Virus record (IMG/VR): IMGVR_UViG_3300027881_000536 | Span: 1-64,000 of that record | Reading direction: 5' to 3' (one strand) | DNA length: 64,000 nucleotides | DNA from: a virus | Shown: one piece after another, positions 45,241 to 57,000 of the stretch | Layout: every line of letters begins with the position of its first letter | Position numbering within the stretch: the stretch's first letter is position 1 | Program-made: the position numbers and the translations under genes | The notes under the pieces: generated by a model | Told to the model about the DNA's origin: nothing | Database searches by the model: none | What the model saw: the letters and a program-made list of their open reading frames with translations, nothing else

Positions 45241-47205
45241 ATGCCGCAGACAATCTACAAGGGCGATTTGGCCGAAGTAACTCTCGGTCACGAAACAGGA
45301 ATAGTACTAACACATGGGGCCTGGGGTGGGCTTACTGTCACCGCCGCATCTAATGGCGACACTACCACTTTGACATTCAGTGGAGTCGCTATCAATACCA
45401 ACGGAAGCCATTCTTCGTATGATACGATGTTTTTCAGGGCTCAAGAGTTGAAATATCCTAAGGGTCTACTCGCTGGCTCCAAACTGAGAGTTAAGGGTGA
45501 TGGTAACTACAGTGATGATGACCACACTAAAGGTAATATGTATACTATTGTTGCTAATGAAGGTAATACTCTCACAGTAACTCCTGCTATGAAAAGGACA
45601 GGTGCCTCTACCACTGGTGATGAGTTCATGATTGAGACTCTGGGAACTCCTACTCTAGATGCAGGTATGATTTATAATAGTAATGCACAGACCAGTGATG
45701 AGTCAGTTCTCACTGACCAGTTTATCGGTTTGGCTGCTGAAATAACGCTTCCAGAAACCAAGGTTGAAGTCTTTCGTTCCCACATCGTGGGTGTAGGGAG
45801 GCAAGTTGTAGTTCAGGAGCCTCAGCACATGGATAATGAAGGAGGCTCCCTATCTACTATGATGCATAGTGCACGATGGCTCTACTACGCCCTTGGTAAC
45901 GAGGCTGTGAGCGAGACTAATCCAACAGGTGCAGCATCAGTGGATAGTGGTACTAACACAAGTGCTATAGCCATGGGTGATACCTATGTCTCATTCCTAA
46001 GGGCGAATTCTAACGGCACAGTGAATGGTTCTTTCCCTGCTATCGGTGATTATATTACTGTAGAGGACACTACTGAAGTCTTAACTCCTTATGCTACTGA
46101 GCCCACTGCTAGAACTAAGTGGACTGGTACACAGACCCAATTCCATAGCAGTGAAAGGTCAGAGATAAGGAGGGTGATTGCTACAGATAGCACTAACACC
46201 CACAACCGTATCTATGTAGATGACCCATTCAATTTTGACCATGCCGCTGGTGCAGTTGTAAGAAAGATAGTTATGGCAGATAATGCTGACACTGGGAGTC
46301 CTAATTTTCTTACTACTACTGCTGCTTATGGGCAGATTGAGAACAGACAGAAGAGAGCCATGTGGAGTATGTGGCATCAACCTTCTTTCTCTCTAGAGAC
46401 CAGTATGAGGAGTCGAGATGTCGGTTCCTATGGTACAGAGCAGACTTCCAATGCACCTGGGTCATCGACGGACACAAAGCAACTCACTCGAGTTTACAAG
46501 GGCTGTAAGGTCAAGTCTTGGCAACTCACTGCTGATGCAGATTCAGAGGTCAAGATGAAGGTCGACTTCGATGCACTGATGTGCTATACTGATACTGGTC
46601 GTCTAGAGGATTCTAATCCTGGTGACAGGTACACTGCTCATAGGATGTTCGAGAATATCGCTAATGGGCCCTTGGAGAGGAAGACGGCTGGTATTGCTCC
46701 CAATACTGAGAAACCGTTCTTCTTCTATAATGGTACAATCACTGCTTTCGGCACCAATCTAGCCCAAGTGACCAAGTTTGAGTTGGGTGGTGAGAACAAT
46801 ATTGCTCAACACCTAGTTGTTAGAGGCAACCCAGCGGTAGAACCCCGTAACACTGCTGGCCAGTCCTTGGAACAGATACCCTTCGCTGGTAGCAGGAACC
46901 CTTCACTGGCTGTTGAGGGTAAAGTGGAGTATAACCTAAAGATAGAGATTCTACCTACTGACCCCCTTCTATGGCATGAGTTTAGAAGTGCTAGAAGTAA
47001 AGGCTACAGTGAACCTATCACGCTGCATCTAGTCAAGGATGGAGCAGGGAGTGACAGAGAGGAGATATATGTCATCATAGATGATTACATCATCACCGAG
47101 GCCCCTCTACAAATCCCTGAGGATAAAGGGGTCATCAAGCATGAGTTGACAATACTTCCGAAGCATGTTAAAATTCTAGCATATGATGCGTTGTTGCATT
47201 CTTGA
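45241..47205 (+). CDS. Major tail protein (tube-like) with inserted beta domains
   Basis: Position; VYKGCKVKSWQLTADADSEVKMKVDFDA and FFFYNGTITAFG tube-like strands; GGGTGA SD. Confidence 0.7.
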   Translation: MPQTIYKGDLAEVTLGHETGIVLTHGAWGGLTVTAASNGDTTTLTFSGVAINTNGSHSSYDTMFFRAQELKYPKGLLAGSKLRVKGDGNYSDDDHTKGNMYTIVANEGNTLTVTPAMKRTGASTTGDEFMIETLGTPTLDAGMIYNSNAQTSDESVLTDQFIGLAAEITLPETKVEVFRSHIVGVGRQVVVQEPQHMDNEGGSLSTMMHSARWLYYALGNEAVSETNPTGAASVDSGTNTSAIAMGDTYVSFLRANSNGTVNGSFPAIGDYITVEDTTEVLTPYATEPTARTKWTGTQTQFHSSERSEIRRVIATDSTNTHNRIYVDDPFNFDHAAGAVVRKIVMADNADTGSPNFLTTTAAYGQIENRQKRAMWSMWHQPSFSLETSMRSRDVGSYGTEQTSNAPGSSTDTKQLTRVYKGCKVKSWQLTADADSEVKMKVDFDALMCYTDTGRLEDSNPGDRYTAHRMFENIANGPLERKTAGIAPNTEKPFFFYNGTITAFGTNLAQVTKFELGGENNIAQHLVVRGNPAVEPRNTAGQSLEQIPFAGSRNPSLAVEGKVEYNLKIEILPTDPLLWHEFRSARSKGYSEPITLHLVKDGAGSDREEIYVIIDDYIITEAPLQIPEDKGVIKHELTILPKHVKILAYDALLHS

Positions 47206-47215
47206 GGTGAAAGAT

Positions 47216-47734
47216 ATGGCAAGATGGAGTTTACATCCTGGGGGTAGGGGAAAAGCCCCTTGGAAGAAGAAACTGGCAGCGGCTGAGCCTGAGCCTGAAC
47301 CTGAGGTGGAGGAAGATTTCTTCAACCCAGAATATGCAGTAACTGACAATAATCCATTCCCTGAAGAACTAATGACAGAGACTGATGCTGTTACTGTTGC
47401 CGAGGAAGTGCAGATGGCTGCGGCGGTAGAACTTGAGCCTGAAGTAGAAGAGGTTGTAGAGCCTGAAGTAGAAGAGGTTGTAGAGCCTGAACCTGAACCT
47501 GAACTTACATATGATTCCATGACTGTATCACAGTTACAAGACCTATTGCGTGAGCGTGGTCTGACTGTTAGCGGAGTCAAGGCGGAACTTGTTGCCCGCT
47601 TGGAAGCAGATGATGCTGGCCCCTCGGAAGAGGCTCCGGCTGAAACTGTAGAGACCCCCTCGGAAGAGGCTGTCTCTAGCGACGAGGTGCCCCAGGAGGG
47701 CGAAGTAAGTGAGTCAGGAGGAACAGAACAATAA
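47216..47734 (+). CDS. Acidic SAP-domain protein
   Basis: YDSMTVSQLQDLLRERGLTVSGVKAELVARL; Glu/Pro-rich; ATG 47216 after GAGGTGA. Confidence 0.8.
   Translation: MARWSLHPGGRGKAPWKKKLAAAEPEPEPEVEEDFFNPEYAVTDNNPFPEELMTETDAVTVAEEVQMAAAVELEPEVEEVVEPEVEEVVEPEPEPELTYDSMTVSQLQDLLRERGLTVSGVKAELVARLEADDAGPSEEAPAETVETPSEEAVSSDEVPQEGEVSESGGTEQ
47435..47491 (+). repeat. 24-bp coding tandem repeat (EPEVEEVV x2)
   Basis: GAGCCTGAAGTAGAAGAGGTTGTA twice plus partial third copy. Confidence 0.9.
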
Positions 47735-48095
47735 GACCTTAATAACCAACATTGATAGCCTGTTAGTTTCATCAGGAACTACACCCCACGATATAGCAGT
47801 GGACCCAGACGAGCCAGACATAGTTCTGCGCGTATGGATAAAGGAGATGTCATTTCTCCAGACCCAGAAGGCTATCGCAGAAGTGGTTCAACTAACACCA
47901 GATGGTCAGGTCAACATAGACTTGGCCAATTACTGGAAGTACATGATTGCTCAGTGTATAGACAAGACTGAGCCATCAATGACCAAAGCACAACTTTACG
48001 CACTCAAACCTGATATTGCAAATAAGATTACAGCATTGTTACCTCAACCACAGGATTTGGTGGCTGGCCCTTTGGAGGATGGGCTGACCGCATAG
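47709..48095 (+). CDS. Tail assembly chaperone (gpG-like)
   Basis: 128 aa, between major tail gene and TMP; GTG start with CAGGAGG; ends just after a slippery heptamer. Confidence 0.8.
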   Translation: MSQEEQNNKTLITNIDSLLVSSGTTPHDIAVDPDEPDIVLRVWIKEMSFLQTQKAIAEVVQLTPDGQVNIDLANYWKYMIAQCIDKTEPSMTKAQLYALKPDIANKITALLPQPQDLVAGPLEDGLTA

Positions 48096-48370
48096 ATGAC
48101 AATCTAAATTTCCTAAGGGGGAGGAAAGAGGACCCGACATTAGGTCTTGAGTCCTCGATTTATTTTGTCATGAAACACTATGGGCTCAGCCTCAGAGACA
48201 TCGACGATTTGAGTGCCGAAGAATTCGGCATGATGTTCACTTGGGCTGCGGCAGCCTCTGCTCACGAGGCAGAGCAAATGGAGAAGCAGACCGGAGAATC
48301 CAAGTCCTCGATGGGAGTAGCGGGTACCAATATGGGTGGGCCTATGCCACATAGTGAGGGGAGGTGGTAG
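48068..48370 (+). CDS. -1 frameshift extension of tail chaperone (gpGT-like, ~220-aa product)
   Basis: In-frame C CCT TTG at 48068-48074; -1 frame open FGGWADRIDDNLNFLRGRKEDPTLGLESSIYFVMKHYG... to stop at 48370 (track shows only 48170..48370). Confidence 0.75.
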   Translation, partial: PFGGWADRIDDNLNFLRGRKEDPTLGLESSIYFVMKHYGLSLRDIDDLSAEEFGMMFTWAAAASAHEAEQMEKQTGESKSSMGVAGTNMGGPMPHSEGRW

Positions 48371-49917
48371 ATATGACAGATGTTCTTACCAATGAAGAAT
48401 TGCATTTGAAGGTACTGGCGCTGGAAGATGTCGCTAAACAGTTCCAAGCCACTGGTGGTAAGGCTCACAATTATGGCGTACAGATGGGTGTAGTTGAAAA
48501 GGCTCAACAGAAACTAGTCAACATATGGCAAGGTAGTGTCATTGGTAAAGCACAAGTAGTAGGCAAGTGGTTCGGTAATCTGTCTAAGGTCGTAACAAAG
48601 TATTCAAATGATTCTAAGGATATGGAAGATGCCAATAAGAACCTTACAATTGCACAACGACATCTCATAGCACCTTTACTCAAAGGTACAGGCGCTGCCA
48701 AAATGGGGCAGAAGATGTGGGAGAAGTATAGGCATACTATCGTCGATGCTAATGGTGATATCAGTCAAGGAAGGAAAATGCTCCTAATGTTTGGTGCTAG
48801 TCTAATGACTTTACTTGGACTCCTAGGGATAATAGGTTTCGCCTTCGCTGCATTCTCATTAGCCACAGAAGGTGCAGCCTCCCCCATCGCGCAATTTGTT
48901 GCTGAACACTTCCCTCAATTTTCAGCAGGTCTACAGAAAATAATTGATTTGTTACAAGGGGATATGGTAGGCTCTATTCAATCTTATTTGTTACCAGCCT
49001 TTATTCTTTTCAAAGTAGCCTTGATGTTATTACCAGGTCTTTTCGGACCACTCTTTGTGGCTGTTGTCTTAGGTGTGGCACTCTTCAAGAGATTTCGAGC
49101 ACAAGGAGATAGTTTCGGAACGGCCCTTATCAAGACTATCGGTGGAGTTGTTGCAGCATTCTTCATTCTAATGAGTCCAGGTAAGATATTGAAACTGTTT
49201 TGGCTCATCGTTAAACTTGCCGTCAGAACTTTAGGATGGGGTGGGAGTCTAATAATTGCAGGTATTGCTGGGCTTTTCCTTGCTGCTTCTGGTAAATTGT
49301 CAGGGTTTTGGTCAGTAGTAATTGGAATAATGAGTGCTGCAGCACTCTATGTTGGTATGCTCTTAGTTTCAGCAGCGTTGGGTACCACCTCGACAATAGG
49401 GGCTCTATTTGCAGCAATTCCATTCTTCTGGGTAGCAGCATTGCTTTTGATGGTAGCCATGATTTACAGGTTCCGCGAACCACTCTGGGCCGCTTTCAAG
49501 GCTATAGGTAAGGGAATCGCTAACATCTTTATTTGGGTGGCCAATTTGATTATAGACATTCTATTGACACCTTTCAATTTCATTCTTGCCATGCTTTCCA
49601 TGGCTATACCGGGACTGAACTTTAGTCCTCTTGGGGCAGGAGATACAATACCAATGTTGGCTGATGGTGGTCCTGTTAGAGCAGGGCGCTCTTACATTGT
49701 AGGAGAGCGTGGTCCTGAGTTGTTCACCGCTGGGTCTTCTGGCCGTATCACACCTAACCATGAGATGGGAGGGGGTACCTCCAATATCACTATGAACATA
49801 GATGTTGGTGGGGTGACTGACCAAACTGATAAGCGAGCACTGGCTCGTCAGATTGGTGATGCTCTCAACCAAGAACTGAGGAGACTAGGTGGGAATCCAA
49901 CAAGGGGTAGATACTGA
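48364..49917 (+). CDS. Tape measure protein
   Basis: Follows chaperone pair; helical with many hydrophobic segments; C-terminal LADGGPVRAGRSYIVGERGPELF typical of TMPs. Confidence 0.88.
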   Translation: MVDMTDVLTNEELHLKVLALEDVAKQFQATGGKAHNYGVQMGVVEKAQQKLVNIWQGSVIGKAQVVGKWFGNLSKVVTKYSNDSKDMEDANKNLTIAQRHLIAPLLKGTGAAKMGQKMWEKYRHTIVDANGDISQGRKMLLMFGASLMTLLGLLGIIGFAFAAFSLATEGAASPIAQFVAEHFPQFSAGLQKIIDLLQGDMVGSIQSYLLPAFILFKVALMLLPGLFGPLFVAVVLGVALFKRFRAQGDSFGTALIKTIGGVVAAFFILMSPGKILKLFWLIVKLAVRTLGWGGSLIIAGIAGLFLAASGKLSGFWSVVIGIMSAAALYVGMLLVSAALGTTSTIGALFAAIPFFWVAALLLMVAMIYRFREPLWAAFKAIGKGIANIFIWVANLIIDILLTPFNFILAMLSMAIPGLNFSPLGAGDTIPMLADGGPVRAGRSYIVGERGPELFTAGSSGRITPNHEMGGGTSNITMNIDVGGVTDQTDKRALARQIGDALNQELRRLGGNPTRGRY

Positions 49918-51059
49918 TGGCTGGAGTACCTATACGCTTGCTGAGAAAGGATGGTCAAGTGGTCAATCTAAATTGCACTGACTACCAAGTCAATATAACT
50001 CGGAGTCTAATCACTGTACCTGTACCTATCACTGCTGAGAGATTTGGGGCTGACTTGAACATGGTTCAAGCAGAGATAATTATGGAGTGTATCCTCATAG
50101 ATGACGATTGTACTACTGTAGACTTCGGTCTGTCTTATTCTGGTGCTACTATAGACTTCAGTTATCGGAGACCTAAAGAAGATGATGATAATACTGCACA
50201 TACTGCATGGTTAGAAAATGGTATTACTGCGGCTGACTTAGATGATGCTGTTTTCACATTCATTTCTACTGATGACACTAAGTTCACTGTGACCCTCAAG
50301 AATGGGAGTGCTACTACCAGTGGTACTGACATGCAGGTGAACATAAGCAGTGTCACAACGGCTGCAGGGATGGTCACTGCTATCAAGGCTGTTTTGGATG
50401 CTCATGCTGTTTTCCTATCAAAATTCACAGTGACTGCTGGGGCTGGTGCTAACGCCAATCTTTCTGGGAATACCAAATTAGACTTTGCTCAGAAAGGTGG
50501 TGGCTCGTCTGGGGCTACTGACACTCCTACTTTCGTAGCAGAAGGTCTTGATTACGACCCTCATATCAGTGTGTTCAGTAATGTGGAAGATACTGGTTGT
50601 AGGTCTGCTGGAGATAAAATCCAGAACATCCTAGCAACAGTAGCCAATAACTCAGTATTGGGTGGTATGGGTAAAGTAGGTCAGTTCGGTAGTTTTGGTG
50701 GCTTGGATATAGGTGAAGATTCTTTCATGTTTGGCCAAAGCAAAAAGTCTGATTATATCATAGGTTTACAATTACCATACAACTCACTGGCTCAGGCTAA
50801 TCTAACGAATGTAGGTGACCCTGTGGCTGGTTACAATGTGCGTAATTTCCTTTTGGTCACTGGGGGTTCCATGGCCACTAACTTGAAAGATGCCAGTAGT
50901 AATACAAACGATGCTAGTACTCCTTTCATTTTCACTGATAAGCACACTGGCATATCTGGGACTGTCAAGACTGCTTCAATCAAATATGATGCTGGGGAGA
51001 CAATCTATAGAGCCACCCTGACTTTCCAGCCACTTGACTTCGTGCTGGGGGTTGGTTGA
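49917..51059 (+). CDS. Distal tail (Dit-like)/baseplate protein with insertion
   Basis: Position after TMP; ITVPVP...FGADLN and ISGTVKTASIKYDAGETIYRATLTF. Confidence 0.6.
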   Translation: MAGVPIRLLRKDGQVVNLNCTDYQVNITRSLITVPVPITAERFGADLNMVQAEIIMECILIDDDCTTVDFGLSYSGATIDFSYRRPKEDDDNTAHTAWLENGITAADLDDAVFTFISTDDTKFTVTLKNGSATTSGTDMQVNISSVTTAAGMVTAIKAVLDAHAVFLSKFTVTAGAGANANLSGNTKLDFAQKGGGSSGATDTPTFVAEGLDYDPHISVFSNVEDTGCRSAGDKIQNILATVANNSVLGGMGKVGQFGSFGGLDIGEDSFMFGQSKKSDYIIGLQLPYNSLAQANLTNVGDPVAGYNVRNFLLVTGGSMATNLKDASSNTNDASTPFIFTDKHTGISGTVKTASIKYDAGETIYRATLTFQPLDFVLGVG

Positions 51060-54000
51060 ATGACACTCATAGGGAAAACCAGTCACTCCTTATTCTTCAA
51101 TGGGATAAGCGATAGCGTTGTATGCCCATCACATGAGTTTGCTTCTACAGGTATCAAGACTACTATAGGAGGTGACGAAGTTAGGTCCTCCCGCCCTGTT
51201 CTTGGTGAGAGGAGTGAGGAAGGTAGTTCATCTTCATCGACAGCCATGGTATCCAGTTTTTCAGTAGAGGCTTGGATTAGACCAGACTGTGGTGGGGTAA
51301 TTGCTTCCAAAGAAGGAATGTTCAAACTAAGTGTTGGCAGTGTTGGTGCTCCAGCCCCTGCAGTATTCAGTGTGACAACTCGTACCAAGACAGGGGATGT
51401 AAGAGTCTTCACGGCTCGAAGTGCTCAGACTATCAGTGACAGTTACTCTGGTATCATCTATCCAACAGCAGGTCAGTCCTTCATCGAGAATAATACGGAA
51501 CTATCTAAGGGTGGGAGAGAACTGTTGCATGTCGTAGGTATGTTCAACGAGAGGAGAGTATCCATATTCGTCAATGGGCAAATAGTGGCTAGTAACAATA
51601 TATCCACTGGTTCTATGTGCATGTTAACTAACTCAGACCTATACCTAGGCGGTAAAGGTGGTGAATTCAGAGGCTATATCGAGGGAGTGCACTTGCGTCT
51701 TGGTGTTGATGAGGATTCTGTCATACCAGCCCCTATAGTAAGGCAGAGTAGTACTGTTGGGCTGTGGAGATTCGAGGAACCTGTAGAGGTTGAGGATACT
51801 GAGTTCTATATCAAAAGTGGAGTCAATGCAGGGGATACTGTTCTCACTCTAGATACTACACAGGTCCAAGAACTGTATGAACTTATCAGTGGTGAATCTA
51901 TAACTATGCCTTCTAGTTACACGGTACCTTCTCTAGGAAATTATCAAGTTGGTGTAACTACTCATAGTGATGGTGCTAAGAAGGTCGAGATTGCTCACAC
52001 TTCAATCAATTTACTCATCAACCCAACTGGGACTGATATCAAGACTGGTAAGCCCAATAGCAAAGCACCTGAGAGGGTAAGACTCAAGTCCATCTCATCC
52101 AGTGGGTCCATCACAGTAGAGAGTATCCATTTGGATTTCGATGTGTCTACTGACACAGGGTCTAGAGGGGTGCTTCATGATAGAACTGCTTTCGATAATA
52201 CTAGCAACCTCGCACATGATAGTTTAATAGTAATACTCAGGTCTGATTTGTTACTAGACCCTGGCACTGGTAGGCCCATGCAACCACCTGGTCTTGGTTC
52301 TCAAGCAATAGATAGGAACGGTATGACAGTCATAGATGAGAGTGGTAATGGATTTCATGGTTTTCTACACAGTCGTACTATGAGTATCAACAAGTCTGGT
52401 AACCCGTATACTGTCAGTAATGCAAACTGGACAATAGATACTAAATTCCAAGTAGGCCATTCGGGTAGACACAAGTTCTCACATTGTTCAGGTCATCCAT
52501 ATCTGAGAATGCTTCCAAGAGCGTCAAAAGAAAGAGTGACTCAAACTGTGGATGGTCTATCTGACAGTATCTATGCTGTGTTCGATGGTCAGAGTATCAA
52601 CCTTCCTGAACAAGTTCCAATCAATAGTCAGATATCTTTACTCAAGAGCAACTCCCTCTTAGATGGTACTCGTGTCATCACTACAGGAGTTATCTCTCAG
52701 ATAAAGAGGAACGGTTTAAGCACTCTTGACCCTGATAGAGATGAGATAATTTCTATAGGTGGTTCTGGATTCAATATCACTCCCTTCCTTTTGAAGTCCC
52801 ATGCTACTAGTGGAGTGGAGGCTACTGATGATGTCTACAATCTACATTTGGCACCAGAGATTGAGTCTAGAGTGGCTATCTTGCAGACCGGAGACACTGA
52901 CTTCCCATATGTGGAGATTCACTACAACGCGATAGACCTCACAGGAGGAACAATTGGGGCCAATGGTCCTGCCTTGTTAGTTAGTAAGACTGTGCCTTCA
53001 GGTGGGTCGGTTATCAACACTAAGAGAGTGGCTGATAGAATCAATACCCTCCTAGGTAGTGGTACTATGACACTCCATGCTCCAGGAGGTATCATTCATG
53101 TCAAAGCGTCTAGAGTGGCTGAGATGGATACTCTGTTCAAGGACCACAATCTAGCAGGTGATAACACTGGAGGAAGGCAGTATGAGGTAGAATTGGACCT
53201 GAGTATGACACCCCCCAATTACACTCCACAAGTTGCTACAGACCCACCGAACTCACCACCTATAGGTGTAGATTCTTCTCATGCTAATGACTCATCACAC
53301 CCTTCTGTATATCATCATCTTGTTTTGAGAGACAACGGTGCTGCAGCCAAAAGCATTCCTGATGACTCTGATGATTTCAGGTTAACAGCGAAAACAGGTA
53401 ACAAAGGGCCTACTAACCAATCTACTCATGCATTTGAGATGTTCGATGTGATAGACAATTACTCGGACAATAAGGGAGTGAATATCATTGTCCATCCCAC
53501 TGACAGAAGTAGAAATCTACAACTCAGTAAGTTCACGAATGATATCAATGACCCCTCACTCTTCAGTCTAGAGTTCCTAATGTCAAGAGGGAGGGTGAGT
53601 TCTTTCAGGAGTGAGCGTACTGAAAGAGGTCTCATTCTAACGATGCAAGGTAGAGGATTGATGGATGATGTGGCAGCCATGGCTTCTGAGTATATTGGTG
53701 AAGGTTCACCAGACTCTATCATAGTGAAAGAGAGTAGACCTGATGCTCCTGTGGTCACTGTCACTCTAGGTGGGCCTGGGCAGGGTGCTGTAGAGACTAC
53801 ACCCACATGGGACAAGAGTCCACTGACTAGGCTGGGGTGGAATACTAGGAGAGATGGTGGGGCTAGGGTGACTGATTCTAGTAGCACTTCTTTGACAGTA
53901 ACACCATTGAATAATAATTCAGATGCTTTGGCTAGTTGGGGGACTTACATGTTCCCTGTGCGTGGTAGGATACATCTAGAGAATGGTGCTAGTGCTGAGT

Positions 54001-57000
54001 ACTATGACACTACTGCTACTGCTTTCACAATCAAATCTGGTGACCAGTCTGGTACTGGGCGTTTCATCAACGGTGATGGGTCTGAACAAGATACCTTTGC
54101 TAATTGGCTTACTGCTAATTCTGTAGTGAAAGGCCAGACTAATGTTCTTCTTGACCCTCTGTTCGATGAGGCTAGTGTGGTGTCTGATGGGACTACTATC
54201 AATGACCGACTCTTCCAAAGCATAGGAAGTGTTGCACACGATTACCAATTAGGTACTCAGTACGCTAGTACTAGAGCCCTAGTTGAGATACCAGTGTTTG
54301 GCAACCAGTTCTTCGATGACCCAAGAAATGGTGTATTCCCTGGGCCTGACAACAGCATGAAGATACATTTAGACCCCACACTCACAGCCCATTCTTGGGC
54401 ACCAAACCCTGTGGGAAGAAGGGCAATGGGAATTTCCCCTGCAGACCGGGATGTACTAGGTCCTTATCACAAGAGATGGATTGAGAACACTACTAAATCG
54501 GCTGTTGTTGTCACCAAGATGGATTGTGCATCTTCTGGTTACAAGATTTACTTTGATGACCTCAGTAAATCCTTCCCTGCTTTTGAGGAGGCTATCTCAT
54601 CATTCAGAGACATCACAGGAGTCCAGAAGGCCGGTACTAATGCTGGTGTCGCTGAAGTAGCAAACACTATCATGCATAGACGCATTTACACTCCTGAAGG
54701 GGAGTGGGCTATCGTAGAGTCAAACTCTGGTAGTGAGTATGTAACTGTCAACAATCCTCTTAGCACTGGGACTAGTGAACATTTCTGGAAGAATTTCTCT
54801 GAAGGGGGGATAGTTTCCAATATAGTAAGTGGGAGTTATGGGGAACCTCTTAGAGGTGACCCTGCATTAGAGAGTACCGAGAATGAGTTTCGTAGGCCCT
54901 ACTACTATGACCGGGCTAATGTTCAGACTCAGGGTGGTAATATTGACTATGGTCTTAGGCAATATGTCAGTGCTGTCGAGTTCAAGGAAGGTCCTACTGC
55001 CAACCCACACGCTAAGAAGATAGAGAGTGGTGCTGCTACTTTTGAGATTATATCTTGGTCTAGTCCTAATGCTGGCTATATCAGTGACAATCTACCTAGT
55101 TTTACGGGCTCTAGTTGGACTGACACTACGATGGAAGCCATCAATCAAGATGATGAGATACTGTTATTCACCCACCATACAGATGGAGATAAGATTGTAG
55201 TATCATCTGGTACCCCAGCAGTTGGTGATATCTACACTCTTAAGCGATTGAAATTTTCACAGAATAATTTAGGTATAACCACTACCAACTATTTCGATAT
55301 CCATGATGGTTATGGGGTAGGAGAACAGTCATGGAAGAATACTCTCAACAAGACATGGAACAACCCCTATGCTCCGGGTGGATTGAGGCATGGTGATACT
55401 GTATGGATGAATATGCACTACACCAATCCCCATGCCATCGAGGGTCTATTCTGTAAGTCTCGCGGAGTTCTCAACGAGTTCCTAGTTTGGAATGGTTTCA
55501 ATGGAGGTAGAGGAGAACTAGGGACACAGGCTCGTGATAGCATACCACTCGAGAACTTCCTGATAGGTAACACCTGTATGGAGACTGCTCAGAACTTCGT
55601 GCAGCATGTGAACAAGACAGTGGAACTTAACTGGTTGGAACTGGGATACTCAGCCTCAGAAGTTCCTGTGGTAGCATACCTTGACCCATACTTAGCCAAG
55701 GAGGGTCACGCACGCGTACTACTCTATGATGTGGCTCATGACAGGGAGTTCATAGCCTTCCATGACATCCACATGCAAGTTCAGACAGGGCAGGCTACCC
55801 CTAAGGTCAACGGATTGGATATTGCTAATGGGTTCTATAGCCAAGATAAACACAGAAATAACAGTAGTCAAACCAGTGGTGGGGCAGCAATAATAGAACA
55901 ATCTGACTTCATAGAAGGGGCTTATGCTCACAAGAGTAGTCCTTACATGGAAGTGACTACTAGCGGACAGACTCACAATGCCTATGGTATGAATGATGCT
56001 ACAATATTCTATGGCTCTTCTTTCCTAGGTAGCACTGGTAGGACAGAGAACAGTACAGTAAGAACAGAAGACCTAACCTATGGGGTTAATTATACAGAGA
56101 AAAGACATCAGTTGGAGACTGCTACTACGAATCGTTCCACCTTCTTTGATACACCTGATGGCACTAGGGCTATACCGGCTTTCCTTTGCCTCAAAGGAAA
56201 TCGAGCAAATACACTTGACCTGACCACACATTCAGAATCTAGATTGCAGCACCTCCCACAATGGAAAGATATGGATTTCGTGAGAAGATTGACACTTGAT
56301 TTGGGTGAGATAGGGCAGGCTGATGGGGTATCTAATACTGAGTCGGCTGTGCGTGAGATGGTTAGAAGAGTGAATCAAGCCGCTGCTTTACAGGGTAGAA
56401 GTGTTGGTGGCTCTACCCATGACCCTGCTACTTTCTGGGATGATACAGCATTCAATGGTGACAAGGGTTCCCATATGGGGTATCTTAGAGCCCATTTCGG
56501 TAGGGCTGTAAAGGACTTGGATGGTAATGATGGGTATACCATTGTGATACACAGTACAGTACCAGGTGCTTCTGGTAGGAACTTCTGTGCTTGGTTGGAC
56601 AACAGCAAGGGTCAAGCAGAGTATAGACCTCAGTTTCTAGTTGGTCATGGTGGTAGATTCCGTAGTTTTTGGGCTATGCCAATGGAAGGAGAGGATGAGA
56701 ATATGCACCCGGCTCCTATGCCTATCACCAAGAATGGAAGGCCCTTTGCTCCCATTACTACATTGAGACAGATGGTTCCACCCGATGATGAGGATGAGGA
56801 ATTCATCAATAACTTGGCTGATTATGAAGGTACCAATACTAGGAGAAATAGTGAGATGGCCACTGGTCGTGGTGCTAATACTGTCTATCAAGAGTCGTTT
56901 GAATCACAGGGTGATGCTAATAGAATGGTAGAAGGTCTGAGGACTGGGACTCGTGCTCGTGCTCGTATCAATTTCGGGGGATTGGTAGCCAGTGGTGTAC

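Noticed and set aside
45241-47205. Tail sheath (myovirus) call
   Set aside because: Size fits a sheath, but no sheath motifs, no separate tube gene and no baseplate wedge genes were recognised; the chaperone-TMP-Dit order suits a tube with insertions. Not fully excluded.
28603-47491. Short tandem repeats as CRISPR or DGR-type repeats
   Set aside because: Two copies only, lengths are multiples of three, no spacers, encode low-complexity peptides; no reverse transcriptase or cas genes seen.
3341-47772. Long antisense ORFs (e.g. 3341..3829, 27185..27676, 39309..39803, 47176..47772)
   Set aside because: They lie opposite well-supported genes, have Ser/Leu-rich shadow composition and lack SDs.
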